A stretch of 64,000 bases of DNA from assembly GCA_963807235.1 (NCBI GenBank), contig CAWEBF010000033.1, forward strand, positions 56,803 to 120,802, read 5' to 3'. Below the pieces are notes generated by a model, which did not search any database, was not told the origin of the DNA, and saw only the letters and a list, made by a program, of their open reading frames with translations. Of the stretch, positions 38,609 through 48,150 are shown in pieces (the stretch's first letter is position 1; each line of letters starts with the position of its first letter). Origin of the DNA: an uncultured Acidobacteriota bacterium. GTDB lineage: Bacteria > Acidobacteriota > Vicinamibacteria > Vicinamibacterales > UBA2999. The position numbers were made by a program, and so were the translations under genes.

Positions 38609-38891
38609 GGACTTCGAGATCGCGCCGCCCCCGGCTGAGCTGCCGGCGGACACGCCCGCGGTGCCCGAGCCCACGACGCCCGATGTGTCGCCCGCCGCCC
38701 AGCGGTTCAAGACCTGCCGCTGGCAACAGCCCTCTGAAGCGGGCAGCGCCGAGTTCTGCACCCATCGTGAGGTGAAGCCCTACGCTGGCACGACGAGCTT
38801 CGATCCCGAGGCGTGGTGCGGCGACTGCCAGTATTACAAGCTGCGCCGCGTGCCGAAGAAGCGGGAACGAACGGACGACTGGGGATATTAG
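38589..38891 (+). CDS. Cys4-containing 100-aa ORF; either independent or the frame-shifted C-terminal extension of the helicase
   Basis: TTG start overlapping the helicase stop, with strongly coding-like third positions. SDFNKDFEIAPP resembles the PDFDY segment that follows the core in many DEAD-box helicases. C-terminal pattern: CRW...C...CGDCQYYK. Confidence 0.4.
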   Translation: MASDFNKDFEIAPPPAELPADTPAVPEPTTPDVSPAAQRFKTCRWQQPSEAGSAEFCTHREVKPYAGTTSFDPEAWCGDCQYYKLRRVPKKRERTDDWGY

Positions 38892-38894
38892 CGG

Positions 38895-38929
38895 GGCTCC
38901 AGGCTCCGGGCCCCAGGCTCCAGGCCCTC
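38895..38929. repeat. GGCTCCA heptanucleotide tract, copy 2
   Basis: ggctcca ggctccg ggcccca ggctcca ggccctc fills the whole gap between the convergent stops at 38891 and 38929. Confidence 0.9.
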
Positions 38930-39735
38930 TAGTCCGAAAACTCTTTCGCGAGGTGCACCCACTCCCCGTCGGGTGCCAGCTGCTGGTAGGCGCGCCAGTG
39001 CGCGCGGGCGTCCTGTGATCGGCCGCCCTTTTCCAACGTCACCGCCAGATAGAAGTGCGCTTCGGCGTACGCGGGATTGAGCCGGATGGCCTCGCGGTAG
39101 CAGCCTTGTGCCTCGGTGTAGCGGCCGAGGTCGTGAAAGATGTTGCCCAGGTTGAAGTGCGCCTCGAAGACGTGGGGTTCGAGCGCGATCGCCCGTTCGT
39201 ACAGCGCCTGCGCCTCAACGGCGTCGTCGCGCGAATAGTGCAGGTTCGCCAGGTTGATGAGCGCCGGCACGAGATACGGATCCACCTCGAGCGCCCGGCG
39301 GTAGGCGTTCATCGCATCGGTCACGTGCTCGAGCGTGCCGTCGTCCAGCACCGACGCGGCGTGGAAGTATTGCTCCGCGGAGATGTCCCGCGCCTGCTCG
39401 ACGGCTCCCATCAGCGCCATGAGCGGCGGCGGATCGGGCCGCGTCAGGCGGAGCACCTTGGCCGGCGGCGCGTCGAGACGGAAATCGAACGCCAGCTGGC
39501 CGTCCCGCGTCGCCATCAGTGCGCGGAGCACGCGGCGGAACGGCACGCCGGTGGCCATCTCGGCATCGGTCTGCCTCAGCAGCCCGAGATCGGCAAAGGT
39601 GTACTCGGTGTGTCCGGTGCTGTCGCGCATCGGACGGACCAGCCCGCATTTCTCCATATAGCGCAGGTGGTCGTCGCGGAGATGCCGATACCGATCCAGC
39701 ACATGACGCTTGGAAGCGGCGGCGTTGGTCCTCAC
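38929..39735 (-). CDS. MerR-like HTH + TPR repeat protein
   Basis: The N-terminus (LRYMEKCGLVRPMRDSTGHTEYTFADL) resembles a MerR-type wing. The C-terminal half has four canonical TPR units (AMNAYRRALEVDP, AQALYERAIALEP, AQGCYREAIRLNP...). Confidence 0.7.
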   Translation of the reverse strand: MRTNAAASKRHVLDRYRHLRDDHLRYMEKCGLVRPMRDSTGHTEYTFADLGLLRQTDAEMATGVPFRRVLRALMATRDGQLAFDFRLDAPPAKVLRLTRPDPPPLMALMGAVEQARDISAEQYFHAASVLDDGTLEHVTDAMNAYRRALEVDPYLVPALINLANLHYSRDDAVEAQALYERAIALEPHVFEAHFNLGNIFHDLGRYTEAQGCYREAIRLNPAYAEAHFYLAVTLEKGGRSQDARAHWRAYQQLAPDGEWVHLAKEFSD

Positions 39736-39758
39736 GAGCCTTCACTATAATCCAGGCT

Positions 39759-40751
39759 TTGGCCACGCACACGACCACTTCTGCAAGAGTTTTGGCCGGC
39801 GACGTCGGCGGCACGAAGACGCTGCTGGGTCTCTTCGAGCCGGCTCCACGGCGTCCCCTGCTCATCGCCGAGCGTCGCTACGAGACCGACCCCGCCTCGT
39901 CCCTCGACGCGATCGTGGACGACTTCCTGCGTACGGATGGCGGCGGCCGGCCAGTGTCGGCGGCGGTGTTCGGCGTGGCCGGTCCGGTCGTGGCACAGGT
40001 GGCGCAGATGACCAATCACCCGTGGGTGATCGATGCCAATCGATCCAGCCGGATCCTCAGCGCACCAGTCCAGCTGCTGAACGACGTGGAGGCGCTGGCC
40101 TATGCGCTGGATGCGCTAGCCGACGATGACCTGCTGACGCTGCAAGCGGGACGACCGCGGCCCGACGGCGCAATGGCGGTGATCGCCGCAGGCACCGGCC
40201 TTGGCCAGGCGCAGCTGGTGCGGGTCGGAGGCCGGCCGCTGGCCTGCCCGTCCGAAGGCGGGCACGCCGAGTTCGCACCGCGTCTTCCGCGCGAAGACGA
40301 ACTCGTGCGGCTGCTGCGGCTGCGCTACGGCCGCGCCACGGTCGAGCACGTCCTCAGCGGCCCCGGCCTGGTGCACTTGCACGAGTTCACGCATCAAGAC
40401 GAACCGTGCCTGGCAGCGCAGGAGGGCGTGGCCCTGGCGGCGACCGTCACCGCCGGGGGCATGGAGCGGCGCTGCGAGCGCTGCCGCGAGGCGCTGATGC
40501 TCTTCGTCTCCGCGTATGGCAGCGAGGCTGGGAACCTGGCGCTGCGCACACTGGCGACAGGTGGCGTATTCGTCGGCGGCGGCATCGCCCCTCGCATCCT
40601 GCCGGCGCTGCAATGGCCCGGGTTTCTTGACGCGTTCCGCGACAAGCCGCCGATGAGTTCGCTGCTGGCGGACGTGCCGGTGCACGTCATCGTGACACCC
40701 GCGGCGGCCTTGCTGGGCGCGGCCGTTGTGGCCCAAAGACATCTTCGCTGA
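39759..40751 (+). CDS. glk: Glucokinase
   Basis: Distal part of ORF 39519..40751. The start is TTG 39759, or TTG 39792 just before LAGDVGGTKT. Family blocks: NHPWVI, LLNDVEALAY, AGTGLG, EGGHAEFAP, GGVFVGGGIAP. Confidence 0.85.
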   Translation: MATHTTTSARVLAGDVGGTKTLLGLFEPAPRRPLLIAERRYETDPASSLDAIVDDFLRTDGGGRPVSAAVFGVAGPVVAQVAQMTNHPWVIDANRSSRILSAPVQLLNDVEALAYALDALADDDLLTLQAGRPRPDGAMAVIAAGTGLGQAQLVRVGGRPLACPSEGGHAEFAPRLPREDELVRLLRLRYGRATVEHVLSGPGLVHLHEFTHQDEPCLAAQEGVALAATVTAGGMERRCERCREALMLFVSAYGSEAGNLALRTLATGGVFVGGGIAPRILPALQWPGFLDAFRDKPPMSSLLADVPVHVIVTPAAALLGAAVVAQRHLR

Positions 40752-40883
40752 GGGAGACTTTTGGAGCCGTACAGAGGACCAGAAGGTGGCGACCGGCGCG
40801 AGGCGCATGGTCAGAATCGGCCTGTTTCCGAGGCGTTTCGCACTCCTGCCGTACACGGTCCGGCTGGCATCGCGCGTGCGGGA

Positions 40884-41198
40884 GTGAGCGACGTGAACTC
40901 GGCGAAACAGGCTCCCCTCGTCCTGGCGATCTTCGTCGCCACGCAGGTGCTGGACGGGGCACTGACCTACTGGGGCGTTTCACGCTTTGGCGTAGGCGTC
41001 GAGTTCAACTCGTGGCTTGCCACGCTGATGACGGCAATCGGACCCGCGCCGGCGCTCCTGGCCGCGAAGTCGCTCGCCTGCTTTTGCGGCGTGGTGCTCT
41101 TCGCCACCACCTCGTTCCGCGTGCTCGCGGTGGCCACCGGGTGGTGCCTCGGCTTCGCCGTGGTGCCGTGGGTGGTGCTGGTCCTGGCGTTCGCCTAG
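40884..41198 (+). CDS. DUF5658-like small membrane protein
   Basis: Within ORF 40761..41198; I chose GTG 40884 as the start. Four helices with an LDGALTYWGV...E.N motif. The family assignment is from memory. Confidence 0.5.
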   Translation: MSDVNSAKQAPLVLAIFVATQVLDGALTYWGVSRFGVGVEFNSWLATLMTAIGPAPALLAAKSLACFCGVVLFATTSFRVLAVATGWCLGFAVVPWVVLVLAFA

Positions 41199-41199
41199 C

Positions 41200-41274
41200 G
41201 CCCCGCGAAGCGGGGCCAAAAGACACTGCATTAGCGAGGCGGAGCCTGGAAGGTCGGAGGCGGAGTCTCGCTAA
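41200..41274 (+). repeat. Bipartite hairpin element, copy 2 (hairpin + A-tract + second hairpin)
   Basis: GCCCCGC-gaa-GCGGGGC, then CAAAAGACACTGCAT, then TTAGCGAG...(27 nt)...CTCGCTAA. It overlaps the stop codon (41271-41273) of the lactonase-like gene. Confidence 0.7.
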
Positions 41275-42177
41275 TCGTAAAATTCGGGCGACAGCCGCAA
41301 CTGGCGATGGGCGGTCAGGTCGTGCTGGATCCACAGTCGCGCGCCCGTGCGTTTCAGGAAGGTCTCCACGGATTTCCGGGAAGCCGCCGTCTGCTGCGCG
41401 TCGAGCTCGCTGACGGGCAGCCGGTCCAGCGAGCGCTCCTCGGGATAGTGATACAGGTCTCCCGAGAGCAGGCACCGGTCCTGTCTTCGCCAGCCTGACG
41501 AAGAGCACCTGATGACCGGGAGTATGTCCAGGCGCGGCCTTGATGATCACGCGGCCGTCGCCGAACACGTCGTGCTCGTCTTCCCGCAGCAGCGCCGTTC
41601 TGGCCTGCTTCAGATCGGCGAACAGCTGTGGCCGCACGGCGCCGAGTGGGCGTTCCGCAAACATCGCGTCCCGCTCCGCCGGCCGCACCAGCCACTGCGC
41701 CGCCGCGAATGCATTCGCGTTCGCCGTGTGATCCCAGTGATAGTGCGAGAGCGCCAGGTGCGTGACGTCGCGCGGCGCGAAACCCGCAGCCTTGAGTTGC
41801 GCGCCCAGCGAGGCGCGGAGCGTCACCTGACGTGGCTGACCGTCCGGGAGAGTCAGCCGATGGACGACCGGCAAGCCGGGGGTCCACTCGCCGTCCGGTA
41901 CGGCGCCGGTGTCCCACAGCAGCACACCGCGGGAATGCACCACGAGGAAGGACGCGATCGACAGCTGCGTCGTGGACACGTCCTCTTTGGTCAGGCGGTA
42001 CCGCGCGGGGTCCGACTCCAGCACGCCGCCGTCGAACACGTAGAGCCGCGGCGTGGGTGGGGCTTGCGCCGCCGGTCCCGGTGCGCTCGCCAGGGCGCAC
42101 AGGGCAACGACGGCTACCGCCGCAAGCCGCGACGCCAGCGAGGCTTGCGGGAGACGATAAGTCCGGAAGGCGGCCAT
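41271..42177 (-). CDS. Secreted metallo-beta-lactamase-fold hydrolase (N-acyl-homoserine-lactonase-like), one frame break
   Basis: ORF 41005..42207 from ATG 42177 carries the signal peptide, LALSHYHWDHTANA (HxHxDH) and APGHTPGH. The frame switches near 41473. An unlisted frame then continues LLSGDLYHYPEERS...LWIQHDLTAHRQLRLSPEFYD to the stop. Confidence 0.8.
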
Positions 42178-42191
42178 AGGGCCGCAGCATA

Positions 42192-42258
42192 CTAGCGAAG
42201 CCCCCAAACCGTCCGAGCTTCGCTAGCGCCAGTGCCTTTTTGCCCCGCTTCGCGGGGC
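42192..42258 (-). repeat. Bipartite hairpin element, copy 3 (inverted relative to copy 2)
   Basis: The reverse complement reads GCCCCGC-gaa-GCGGGGC, AAAAAGGCACTGGCG, CTAGCGAAGC...(15 nt)...GCTTCGCTAG. It lies 15 nt upstream of the lactonase ATG. Confidence 0.7.
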
Positions 42259-42324
42259 GGACGTCTCCCATGGCCTGACGACGAAACTTGCTTCAATCGT
42301 CGCGACAGTGGCCATGGGAGATGT

Positions 42325-42996
42325 CTAGCGGCGGACGCGGCGAAGCCGGCGAGCAGTGACCGCCAGGCTGATGCCGAAGAGCGCCAGCAGCCCCGGCTCG
42401 GCCACCGCTTCGGTGGTGAACTGCCCGTAGAGCGCCGCCGTGTTCGACCCGCCCTCGGGCGACTGGAACACGCTGCCGAACGTGATGCCCCCGTCGATCG
42501 AAAACCCCAGCAGGTTGAAGAAGTAGATGTCCAGGCCAACCGTGATCGGGATGTTCACCAGCGGCGTCGTGATGGTCACGATGTCGTCGTCGGCTGGCGA
42601 CGTGCCGGTGAGATTCGGAGTCTCGTCGTGCGCGAACGGAAACACCGCCGCCACCAGCACCGGTGCGCCGTTGGTGTCGAACCCGAACGCCAGATCCACG
42701 CCGGTGAGGTTCGGCACCGGGATGACCTCGTTGAAATGGGTGAACACGCCGAGCAGGATCGGCACGCCGGTGGTGGCACCGAGGATGTCCGCGGCGGCGG
42801 CGAAGCTGTAGCCGCTGTCGGGCGCCAGCCCGTCGCCCCAGGTAATGGTCGAGGTGCCCGTTCCCGCCACGGCAAGCCCGCCCACAGGGTTTTGCCAGAC
42901 GCCGCTGATATTGGTGATGTCGAGAGGCGCCGCCGAAGCGGCGCCGGCCGTGAGCCACACGGCCAGGAATGCGCCAAGAGCTTTCGTTTGAGCCAT
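42325..42996 (-). CDS. PEP-CTERM sorting-domain protein (THxN-type)
   Basis: ORF 42325..43044; the start is MAQTKALGAFLAVWL at 42996. It has a signal peptide, the internal motif FTHFNEVI, and the C-terminus VAEPGLLALFGISLAVTARRLRRVRR. Confidence 0.8.
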   Translation of the reverse strand: MAQTKALGAFLAVWLTAGAASAAPLDITNISGVWQNPVGGLAVAGTGTSTITWGDGLAPDSGYSFAAAADILGATTGVPILLGVFTHFNEVIPVPNLTGVDLAFGFDTNGAPVLVAAVFPFAHDETPNLTGTSPADDDIVTITTPLVNIPITVGLDIYFFNLLGFSIDGGITFGSVFQSPEGGSNTAALYGQFTTEAVAEPGLLALFGISLAVTARRLRRVRR

Positions 42997-43081
42997 GTCC
43001 GTCGTCCTCGCGTGACCGCGCACGCGGGAAGCGTGGGGGTACACCGCTATAAACGACGTCTTGCCAGGAAACGAACGGGCC

Positions 43082-46000
43082 CTACACGTGCGGCGCGTCC
43101 ACCGTCTCGAGCAGGTGGTCGAGCCACAGGTTCGACAGCTTCTCCTGCACGGTGTTCTGCCGCAGACGCGCGTTGAGGTTCGGGAAATCCACCCGGTCCA
43201 TGTGCTGATCCTGGTTGAAGCACGAGAAGACGAACTCTTCCCTGCCCGTCACCGGATCCACGTGCTTCTGCAGGCACTGCGCGCACACCTCTTTCATCAT
43301 GCACTGCATGGGCGAGTTGATGCTGGCGATACCGACATGCGCCGGGTTCAGATATGGCGCCAGCACGCCGTGGCGCGCGGCCTTCACGGCGGCCATCATG
43401 CGATCCGAACCGATGGCAATGATGCGCGACACGTTCAGCAGCGGCACTTTGGTTTCGCCCAACTCGCCCTTCGCGTACGCCACCATCGCCTGCACGATGT
43501 TGCCGCGGAAGTGCGTGTCCTGCGGCCGCCCCGGCGTGATGGGCGTCCCCAAGTCGGTGCTCCACACCACCTGATCGGGGGAGGACTCGATCTCCTCGCG
43601 CTTGTAGAGGTCCTCGCCCTTCCTGTAGCCGGCGAAGTAGACCACGCGGTTGCCATGCTGCTTGAGCGCCTTGGCGATCGAGAACAGCACGGCATTGCCC
43701 AGGCCGCCGCCGGCCAGCAACACGTCCTCGCCGTGCGGGATCTCCGTCGGCGTGCCGGTGGGGCCCATGACGACCACCGGCTCTCCCGGCTTGAGGTACG
43801 AGATCAATCGGCTCGAGACGCCCATCTCCAGGGCGATCATCGACAGCAGGCCCTTCTCTTTGTCCACCCACGCGCCGGTGAGCGCCAGACCCTCCATCAA
43901 GAGCGGCGGCTCACCCGGCACCCTCGCGTGCGTCGCCAGCGCCTCGAAGTTCTGCAGCCTGTAGAACTGCCCAGGGCTGAAATGCCGCGCGGCGGCCGGC
44001 GCTTTCACCACCACCTCGACGATGGTCGGTGTGAGCCGCGCCACCCATTCCACGGTCGCCAGCAGCTCGCCGTCGAGGCGCTCGACCAGGCGAGACCACG
44101 CCGCGTCGCGGCCCGCCTGCGCGTCAGCGCCGGCGGCCACGGCGGCATCGTCGAACAGAGCCACGACGTGCGGGTAGCCGTGCTTGGCAGATGCCATGGC
44201 CTTCACGACGTTGCCCGCATACGCCGGATGGTTGTCGCCGTAGTAGGAGATCAGCCGGCCGTTCTCGTTGTAGGAGGTGAAGAAGCCGCCGGGATCCGGC
44301 ACGAGCGACAGCGCACCGTTGGCGCGCTCGGCGCGGAAGCCCTGGAAAAAACGCTTCTTCGAGTCGAGCTGGAACGTGTGCGGCCGCTCCTTCTCATAGA
44401 TGATGTTCGGCGACGTGCCCGCCGCCACCAGGACCGTGCGTGCCGGCAGCTCCACCGGGCCCGAGGGACCGACCATCCGAAGCGCGTGGACGTGATCGTG
44501 CTCGTCGGCCACGATCTCGCGCGGGTCCAGGTTCTCCGCGAACCAGATGCCTTCTTCGAGCGCCTTCGCCACTTCCTCGTGGTTCAGGCGATAGGCTGGC
44601 GAGTCGGTCATCTTCTTGCGATAGGCGAGCGTCACGCCACCCCATCCCCGGACCAACGGCACGAAGTCGGGCGCTTCGCCCGCCGCCTCGGCGCGTTGCC
44701 GCTCGGCGCGGACCGCCCGGCCGTGCGCGAGGAACTCATCCAGGATGATCAGCTCCTCGGCATCACAGAGGGCACGCACGGCTTCGGCGCCCTTCTCGGC
44801 CACGAGCACCTCGTACCGGTCCAGCGTCTTCTCCACCTGAATCGGGTAGTAGGCGAAGAGTTCGGTGGCCGTGTCGATGCCCGTCAGTCCGCCGCCGATG
44901 ACCACCGCGGGCAGCCTTGCCTGCAGGTTCGGCAGCGCGTTGCGCTTGAAAGCCCCCGTCAGCTGCAGCGCCATCAGGAAGTCGCTCGCCTTGCGGACGC
45001 CGCGGACCAGGTTGTTCTTCATCTCGATCACGGTCGGCTTGCCCGCGCCAGATGCGATGGCGATGTGATCGAACCCGTGCGCCCAGGCATCCTCGATCGG
45101 CATCGTGCCCCCGAAGCGCACGCCGCCGTAGATGCGCAGGCGGTCGCGGCGCGCGAGCGTGAGGTGCAGCAGCGTCAGGAAGTTCTTGTCCCAGCGCACC
45201 GTGATGCCGTATTCGGAGACGCCGCCGAAGCCTTCCAGTACCCGCTCGTCGAGCCTCGAGTAAATGTCGTCCCAGCGCTCGATCGGCTGCGGCACCGCTC
45301 TATCAGGCACCGCTCTATCAGACAGCGTGCCTCTCTCGCCGGTCAGGTGCGGCGGCAGAGGCTCGATCTTCAGCCCGTCGATCGCCACCACACCGAAGCC
45401 TTCGTTCAGGAGGTAGTGCGCCAGCGTGTAGCCCGCGGGTCCCAACCCCACCACCAGCACGTTGCGCCCGTTGTAGGGCAGCGCGAACGGCCGCTTCACG
45501 TTCAGGGGATTCCATCGCGTCATCAGGCCGTACATCTCGACGCCCCACGGCATCCGCAGCACGTCGGTCAGCACGCCGGTCTCGATCTGCGGGATGTTGA
45601 CCGGCTCCTGCTTCTGGTAGATGCAGGCCTTCATGCAGTCGTTGCAGATGCGGTGACCGGTGCCGGGCACCATGGGGTTGTCCACCATCACGATGGCCAG
45701 GGCGCCGATCACGTCGCCCGCCTTCCGCACCATGTGCATCTCGGAGATCTTCTCGTCGAGCGGGCAGCCGGACAGCGGAATGCCGAGCGGGTTGGAAACG
45801 ACGGTGCCGGTTTTGTCCCGGAGGCCCTTCGAGCACGAGTCCTTGTCGCGCTCGTGGCACAGCACGCAGTAGTGCACGTGGTCCAGCACCTCGCGTGTGC
45901 CCCACCGCGCGTCGGTCAGGCCGAACCCGTCCCGGCGGCGAAGCAGCTGGTCCGGCCCGATCATCGCTTCGCGCAGGTCGGCTCGTGGCCGCTGGACCTG

Positions 46001-46747
46001 CACCAGGTTCTGGTAGTCCACCGTCTCGGGAAAGCGGAGGGTGACCCAACTCCGGAACATCGGATCGTGCAGGCGCGACGCGCACCAGCGCTTCAGCGCG
46101 TCGATCTCGGCCGCCACGGCGGCCTTTTCGGCGTCCGACCCGGACTCCCGCAGGGCCGCTTCGCGGTCCAGCAACGCGCACCCGGCGGCTGCCAGGGCCC
46201 GCTCGCCGTCGAGGTTGCTGAACGGGGCGACCAACCTGTTCACCACGGCCAGGTCGGCCGGGTCGCGCGGCACGTGGGCGCCGCCCTTGACGAGCGGCAG
46301 CGCGCGCTTCCGCACGAAGTCCATCTTGAAACGGAATAGCGGATCCAGTTCGTGGGTCTGCGCTCGAAAGTCGCCCGCGGGCGTTTCGACCTGGAAGAGG
46401 CGCGCCACGAACCGGCTCACGTGCGGGGCCATCCGCACGAGCAGGTCCGACACCACGGTGGCGGGACGCGGCTCGTCGGGCGCGGTTCGATAGGCGTCCC
46501 ATTCCGCCCACAGCGCCGGATCGAACTCGGCGGTCTGGCGGCAGAACTCGTCGAAGAGGTGCCCGAGCCGGGATGGGACGTGGAGGTCCGCGTAGGTGAA
46601 CCCCTCGATGCCGAGCGGCATCGGCCGTGTCGATACGTTCATGGAGTCTGTCGGTCCCGCTTCACGAAGGCCAATCAAAGCAACGTACGTCAAGGCGCCC
46701 GGTGAGTCAAACCACCGCCGCTCGACTGACGTCACCTGACCAGCCAC
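43082..46747 (-). CDS. Large FAD/NAD(P)-dependent oxidoreductase: GltD-like (Fe-S + two Rossmann folds) fused to PyrK/FNR-like electron-transfer module
   Basis: Intact 1221-aa ORF; the alternative start ATG 46642 gives MNVSTRPM. Cys clusters: CVLCHERDKDSC, CNDCMKAC. Dinucleotide-binding motifs: VLVVGLGPAGYT, AVVIGGGLTGID. FNR-like segments: PGQFYRLQN, LLAGGGLGNAV. C-terminal cluster: CMMKEVCAQC. Confidence 0.9.
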   Translation of the reverse strand: MAGQVTSVERRWFDSPGALTYVALIGLREAGPTDSMNVSTRPMPLGIEGFTYADLHVPSRLGHLFDEFCRQTAEFDPALWAEWDAYRTAPDEPRPATVVSDLLVRMAPHVSRFVARLFQVETPAGDFRAQTHELDPLFRFKMDFVRKRALPLVKGGAHVPRDPADLAVVNRLVAPFSNLDGERALAAAGCALLDREAALRESGSDAEKAAVAAEIDALKRWCASRLHDPMFRSWVTLRFPETVDYQNLVQVQRPRADLREAMIGPDQLLRRRDGFGLTDARWGTREVLDHVHYCVLCHERDKDSCSKGLRDKTGTVVSNPLGIPLSGCPLDEKISEMHMVRKAGDVIGALAIVMVDNPMVPGTGHRICNDCMKACIYQKQEPVNIPQIETGVLTDVLRMPWGVEMYGLMTRWNPLNVKRPFALPYNGRNVLVVGLGPAGYTLAHYLLNEGFGVVAIDGLKIEPLPPHLTGERGTLSDRAVPDRAVPQPIERWDDIYSRLDERVLEGFGGVSEYGITVRWDKNFLTLLHLTLARRDRLRIYGGVRFGGTMPIEDAWAHGFDHIAIASGAGKPTVIEMKNNLVRGVRKASDFLMALQLTGAFKRNALPNLQARLPAVVIGGGLTGIDTATELFAYYPIQVEKTLDRYEVLVAEKGAEAVRALCDAEELIILDEFLAHGRAVRAERQRAEAAGEAPDFVPLVRGWGGVTLAYRKKMTDSPAYRLNHEEVAKALEEGIWFAENLDPREIVADEHDHVHALRMVGPSGPVELPARTVLVAAGTSPNIIYEKERPHTFQLDSKKRFFQGFRAERANGALSLVPDPGGFFTSYNENGRLISYYGDNHPAYAGNVVKAMASAKHGYPHVVALFDDAAVAAGADAQAGRDAAWSRLVERLDGELLATVEWVARLTPTIVEVVVKAPAAARHFSPGQFYRLQNFEALATHARVPGEPPLLMEGLALTGAWVDKEKGLLSMIALEMGVSSRLISYLKPGEPVVVMGPTGTPTEIPHGEDVLLAGGGLGNAVLFSIAKALKQHGNRVVYFAGYRKGEDLYKREEIESSPDQVVWSTDLGTPITPGRPQDTHFRGNIVQAMVAYAKGELGETKVPLLNVSRIIAIGSDRMMAAVKAARHGVLAPYLNPAHVGIASINSPMQCMMKEVCAQCLQKHVDPVTGREEFVFSCFNQDQHMDRVDFPNLNARLRQNTVQEKLSNLWLDHLLETVDAPHV

Positions 46748-46796
46748 CGCGCGCCAGACTCCACGCGCGGCCCGCTAGTTCCCGGCCAGCGGCGCC

Positions 46797-47789
46797 TCAG
46801 TGCTGGACCAGGTTTGCCGCCACGATTCGCTGATCGAACACGAACACGTTCGGATTCCCCGGGTCGACCGAGACCCGCAGCCAATGGTTGTCATTTTCGC
46901 CGAACGTTTCCACACGGGTGAAGTTCTCCACCCGCCGCCGGCTTGTGGTCCCCAGCATCGGCTTGTCGATGCGGAAGTAGTGCGAGTCGCCGTGCACCAG
47001 CACGACCGGCTTCCCGTAGGCGATCGTCTCGGCCTCGAGCGCGGCAATAAAATTGTTGAACCCCGTGCGCTGCGCCGGCGGCAGATCGAAGTTCGGGTTC
47101 GCCTGGATCACCAGCATCACCGCCTTGTTGCCCTGGGCGACGGCCGTGTCGAACGTGTCGTGCAGCCACGCCACCGTGGCGGCGTTGCGGGCGGCGTACT
47201 CCGCGTCGGCACTCGGCGTGCGCCCCAGGTTGTTGTTGCTGCCCACGACGTGCAGGCCAGCGAACATCACGTTCTTGACCACCCAGCGGACGTTCTCGCG
47301 ATAGAGCGCGTACTGCGGATCGGCGCTTTGGCGTTCGAGGCTCAGCGTCCGCTGGCCCAGGCTCTCATCGGTCGGGAAGAACAGGTCGCGTAGGTAGGCC
47401 AGACGTTCCAGCGGATCGTAGGCGCCGTTGTTGGCGCGGTGGCAGTCCGTCCACTCGTTGTCGCCTGGCACGTAGATGAGCGGCTGCACGAAAGAGTTGA
47501 ACAGTTCCAGCCGGTTGTCGAACATCTCGTTCGAGCACAACGAGCTGCCGTTCTTGATGTCGCCGTCGTGGGCCACGAAGGCCAGAGTGCGGTCGCGGTT
47601 GATGTCGGCGATCACGTTCGGGAACTTCAGTTCGCCCTCGGGGCCATACGGCATGTCGCCGATCAGCGCGAAGGTGAAGGCGCCGTTGCCGGACGCGTTG
47701 GCGTGAGGAGACGAGCCTTGCGCCATCATGGCGGCACTGGACCCGAGCCCCAACGCGAGGACGACAACAGCAGCGCGCGTACGAATCAT
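46797..47789 (-). CDS. Secreted calcineurin-like metallophosphoesterase
   Basis: Distal part of ORF 46797..48299, from ATG 47789 with GGAGG 6 nt upstream. It has a signal peptide and the motifs ALIGDMPY, HDGDIKNG, PGDNEW and LVHGDSHYF. Confidence 0.85.
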   Translation of the reverse strand: MIRTRAAVVVLALGLGSSAAMMAQGSSPHANASGNGAFTFALIGDMPYGPEGELKFPNVIADINRDRTLAFVAHDGDIKNGSSLCSNEMFDNRLELFNSFVQPLIYVPGDNEWTDCHRANNGAYDPLERLAYLRDLFFPTDESLGQRTLSLERQSADPQYALYRENVRWVVKNVMFAGLHVVGSNNNLGRTPSADAEYAARNAATVAWLHDTFDTAVAQGNKAVMLVIQANPNFDLPPAQRTGFNNFIAALEAETIAYGKPVVLVHGDSHYFRIDKPMLGTTSRRRVENFTRVETFGENDNHWLRVSVDPGNPNVFVFDQRIVAANLVQH

Positions 47790-47890
47790 GGAAGCCTCCG
47801 AGCTGAATGGTGTGAACGGCAGCGGCCAGCGTAGCGGCCGGGTGTGATCCCGGTGTGGCGTGCTTGTAACGTTGGCGTAACTCGAGCGTG

Positions 47891-47919
47891 TTGACTGCCG
47901 TGGCGCGGCACGGTACGCT
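47891..47919 (+). promoter_or_regulatory. Possible sigma-70-type promoter for thiS-thiG
   Basis: TTGACT (47891-47896), a 17-nt spacer, then TACGCT (47914-47919). It lies 24 nt upstream of the thiS GTG. Confidence 0.3.
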
Positions 47920-47942
47920 GCCGTACCTGAGGCGTCTTCGCA

Positions 47943-48143
47943 GTGCTCATCACCCTCAACGGCGAGCGGTTCGAACTGGAGCGGCCCGTGACCGTGCTGG
48001 ATCTGCTGGCCCAGCTCGACATAGACCCTCGCCGCGTGGCCATCGAGCACAACCTCGAGATCATCAAGCGACGCACGTTCGAATCGGCGGTGGTGCGGGA
48101 AGGCGACCGCGTGGAGATCGTGAACGCCGTCGGTGGCGGCTAG
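47943..48143 (+). CDS. thiS: Sulfur-carrier protein ThiS
   Basis: 66 aa with a ubiquitin-like pattern. It ends ...[13 protein letters not shown] with the diagnostic C-terminal Gly-Gly. Confidence 0.85.
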   Translation: MLITLNGERFELERPVTVLDLLAQLDIDPRRVAIEHNLEIIKRRTFESAVVREGDRVEIVNAVGGG

Positions 48144-48150
48144 CGCCAGA

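Noticed and set aside
42997-43081. Sigma-54 promoter upstream of the third (THxN-type) PEP-CTERM gene.
   Set aside because: TGGCAA-gacgt-CGTT and CGG-N11-GC candidates have the wrong -12 element or the wrong spacing. There is no convincing -24/-12 motif.
43061-46339. 1092-aa plus-strand ORF, the longest on that strand.
   Set aside because: It is antisense to the motif-rich 1221-aa flavoprotein. Its translation is Arg/His/Gly/Leu-rich low complexity with no recognisable motif. This is the typical stop-poor shadow frame of a GC-rich gene.
47790-47942. TPP riboswitch expected upstream of thiS-thiG.
   Set aside because: I could not find the conserved CUGAGA and ACCUGAUCUGGAUAAUGCCAGCG-type elements. 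Only a generic hairpin (CCGGGTGTGATCCCGG) and a possible sigma-70 promoter are present. A covariance-model scan would be needed to be certain.
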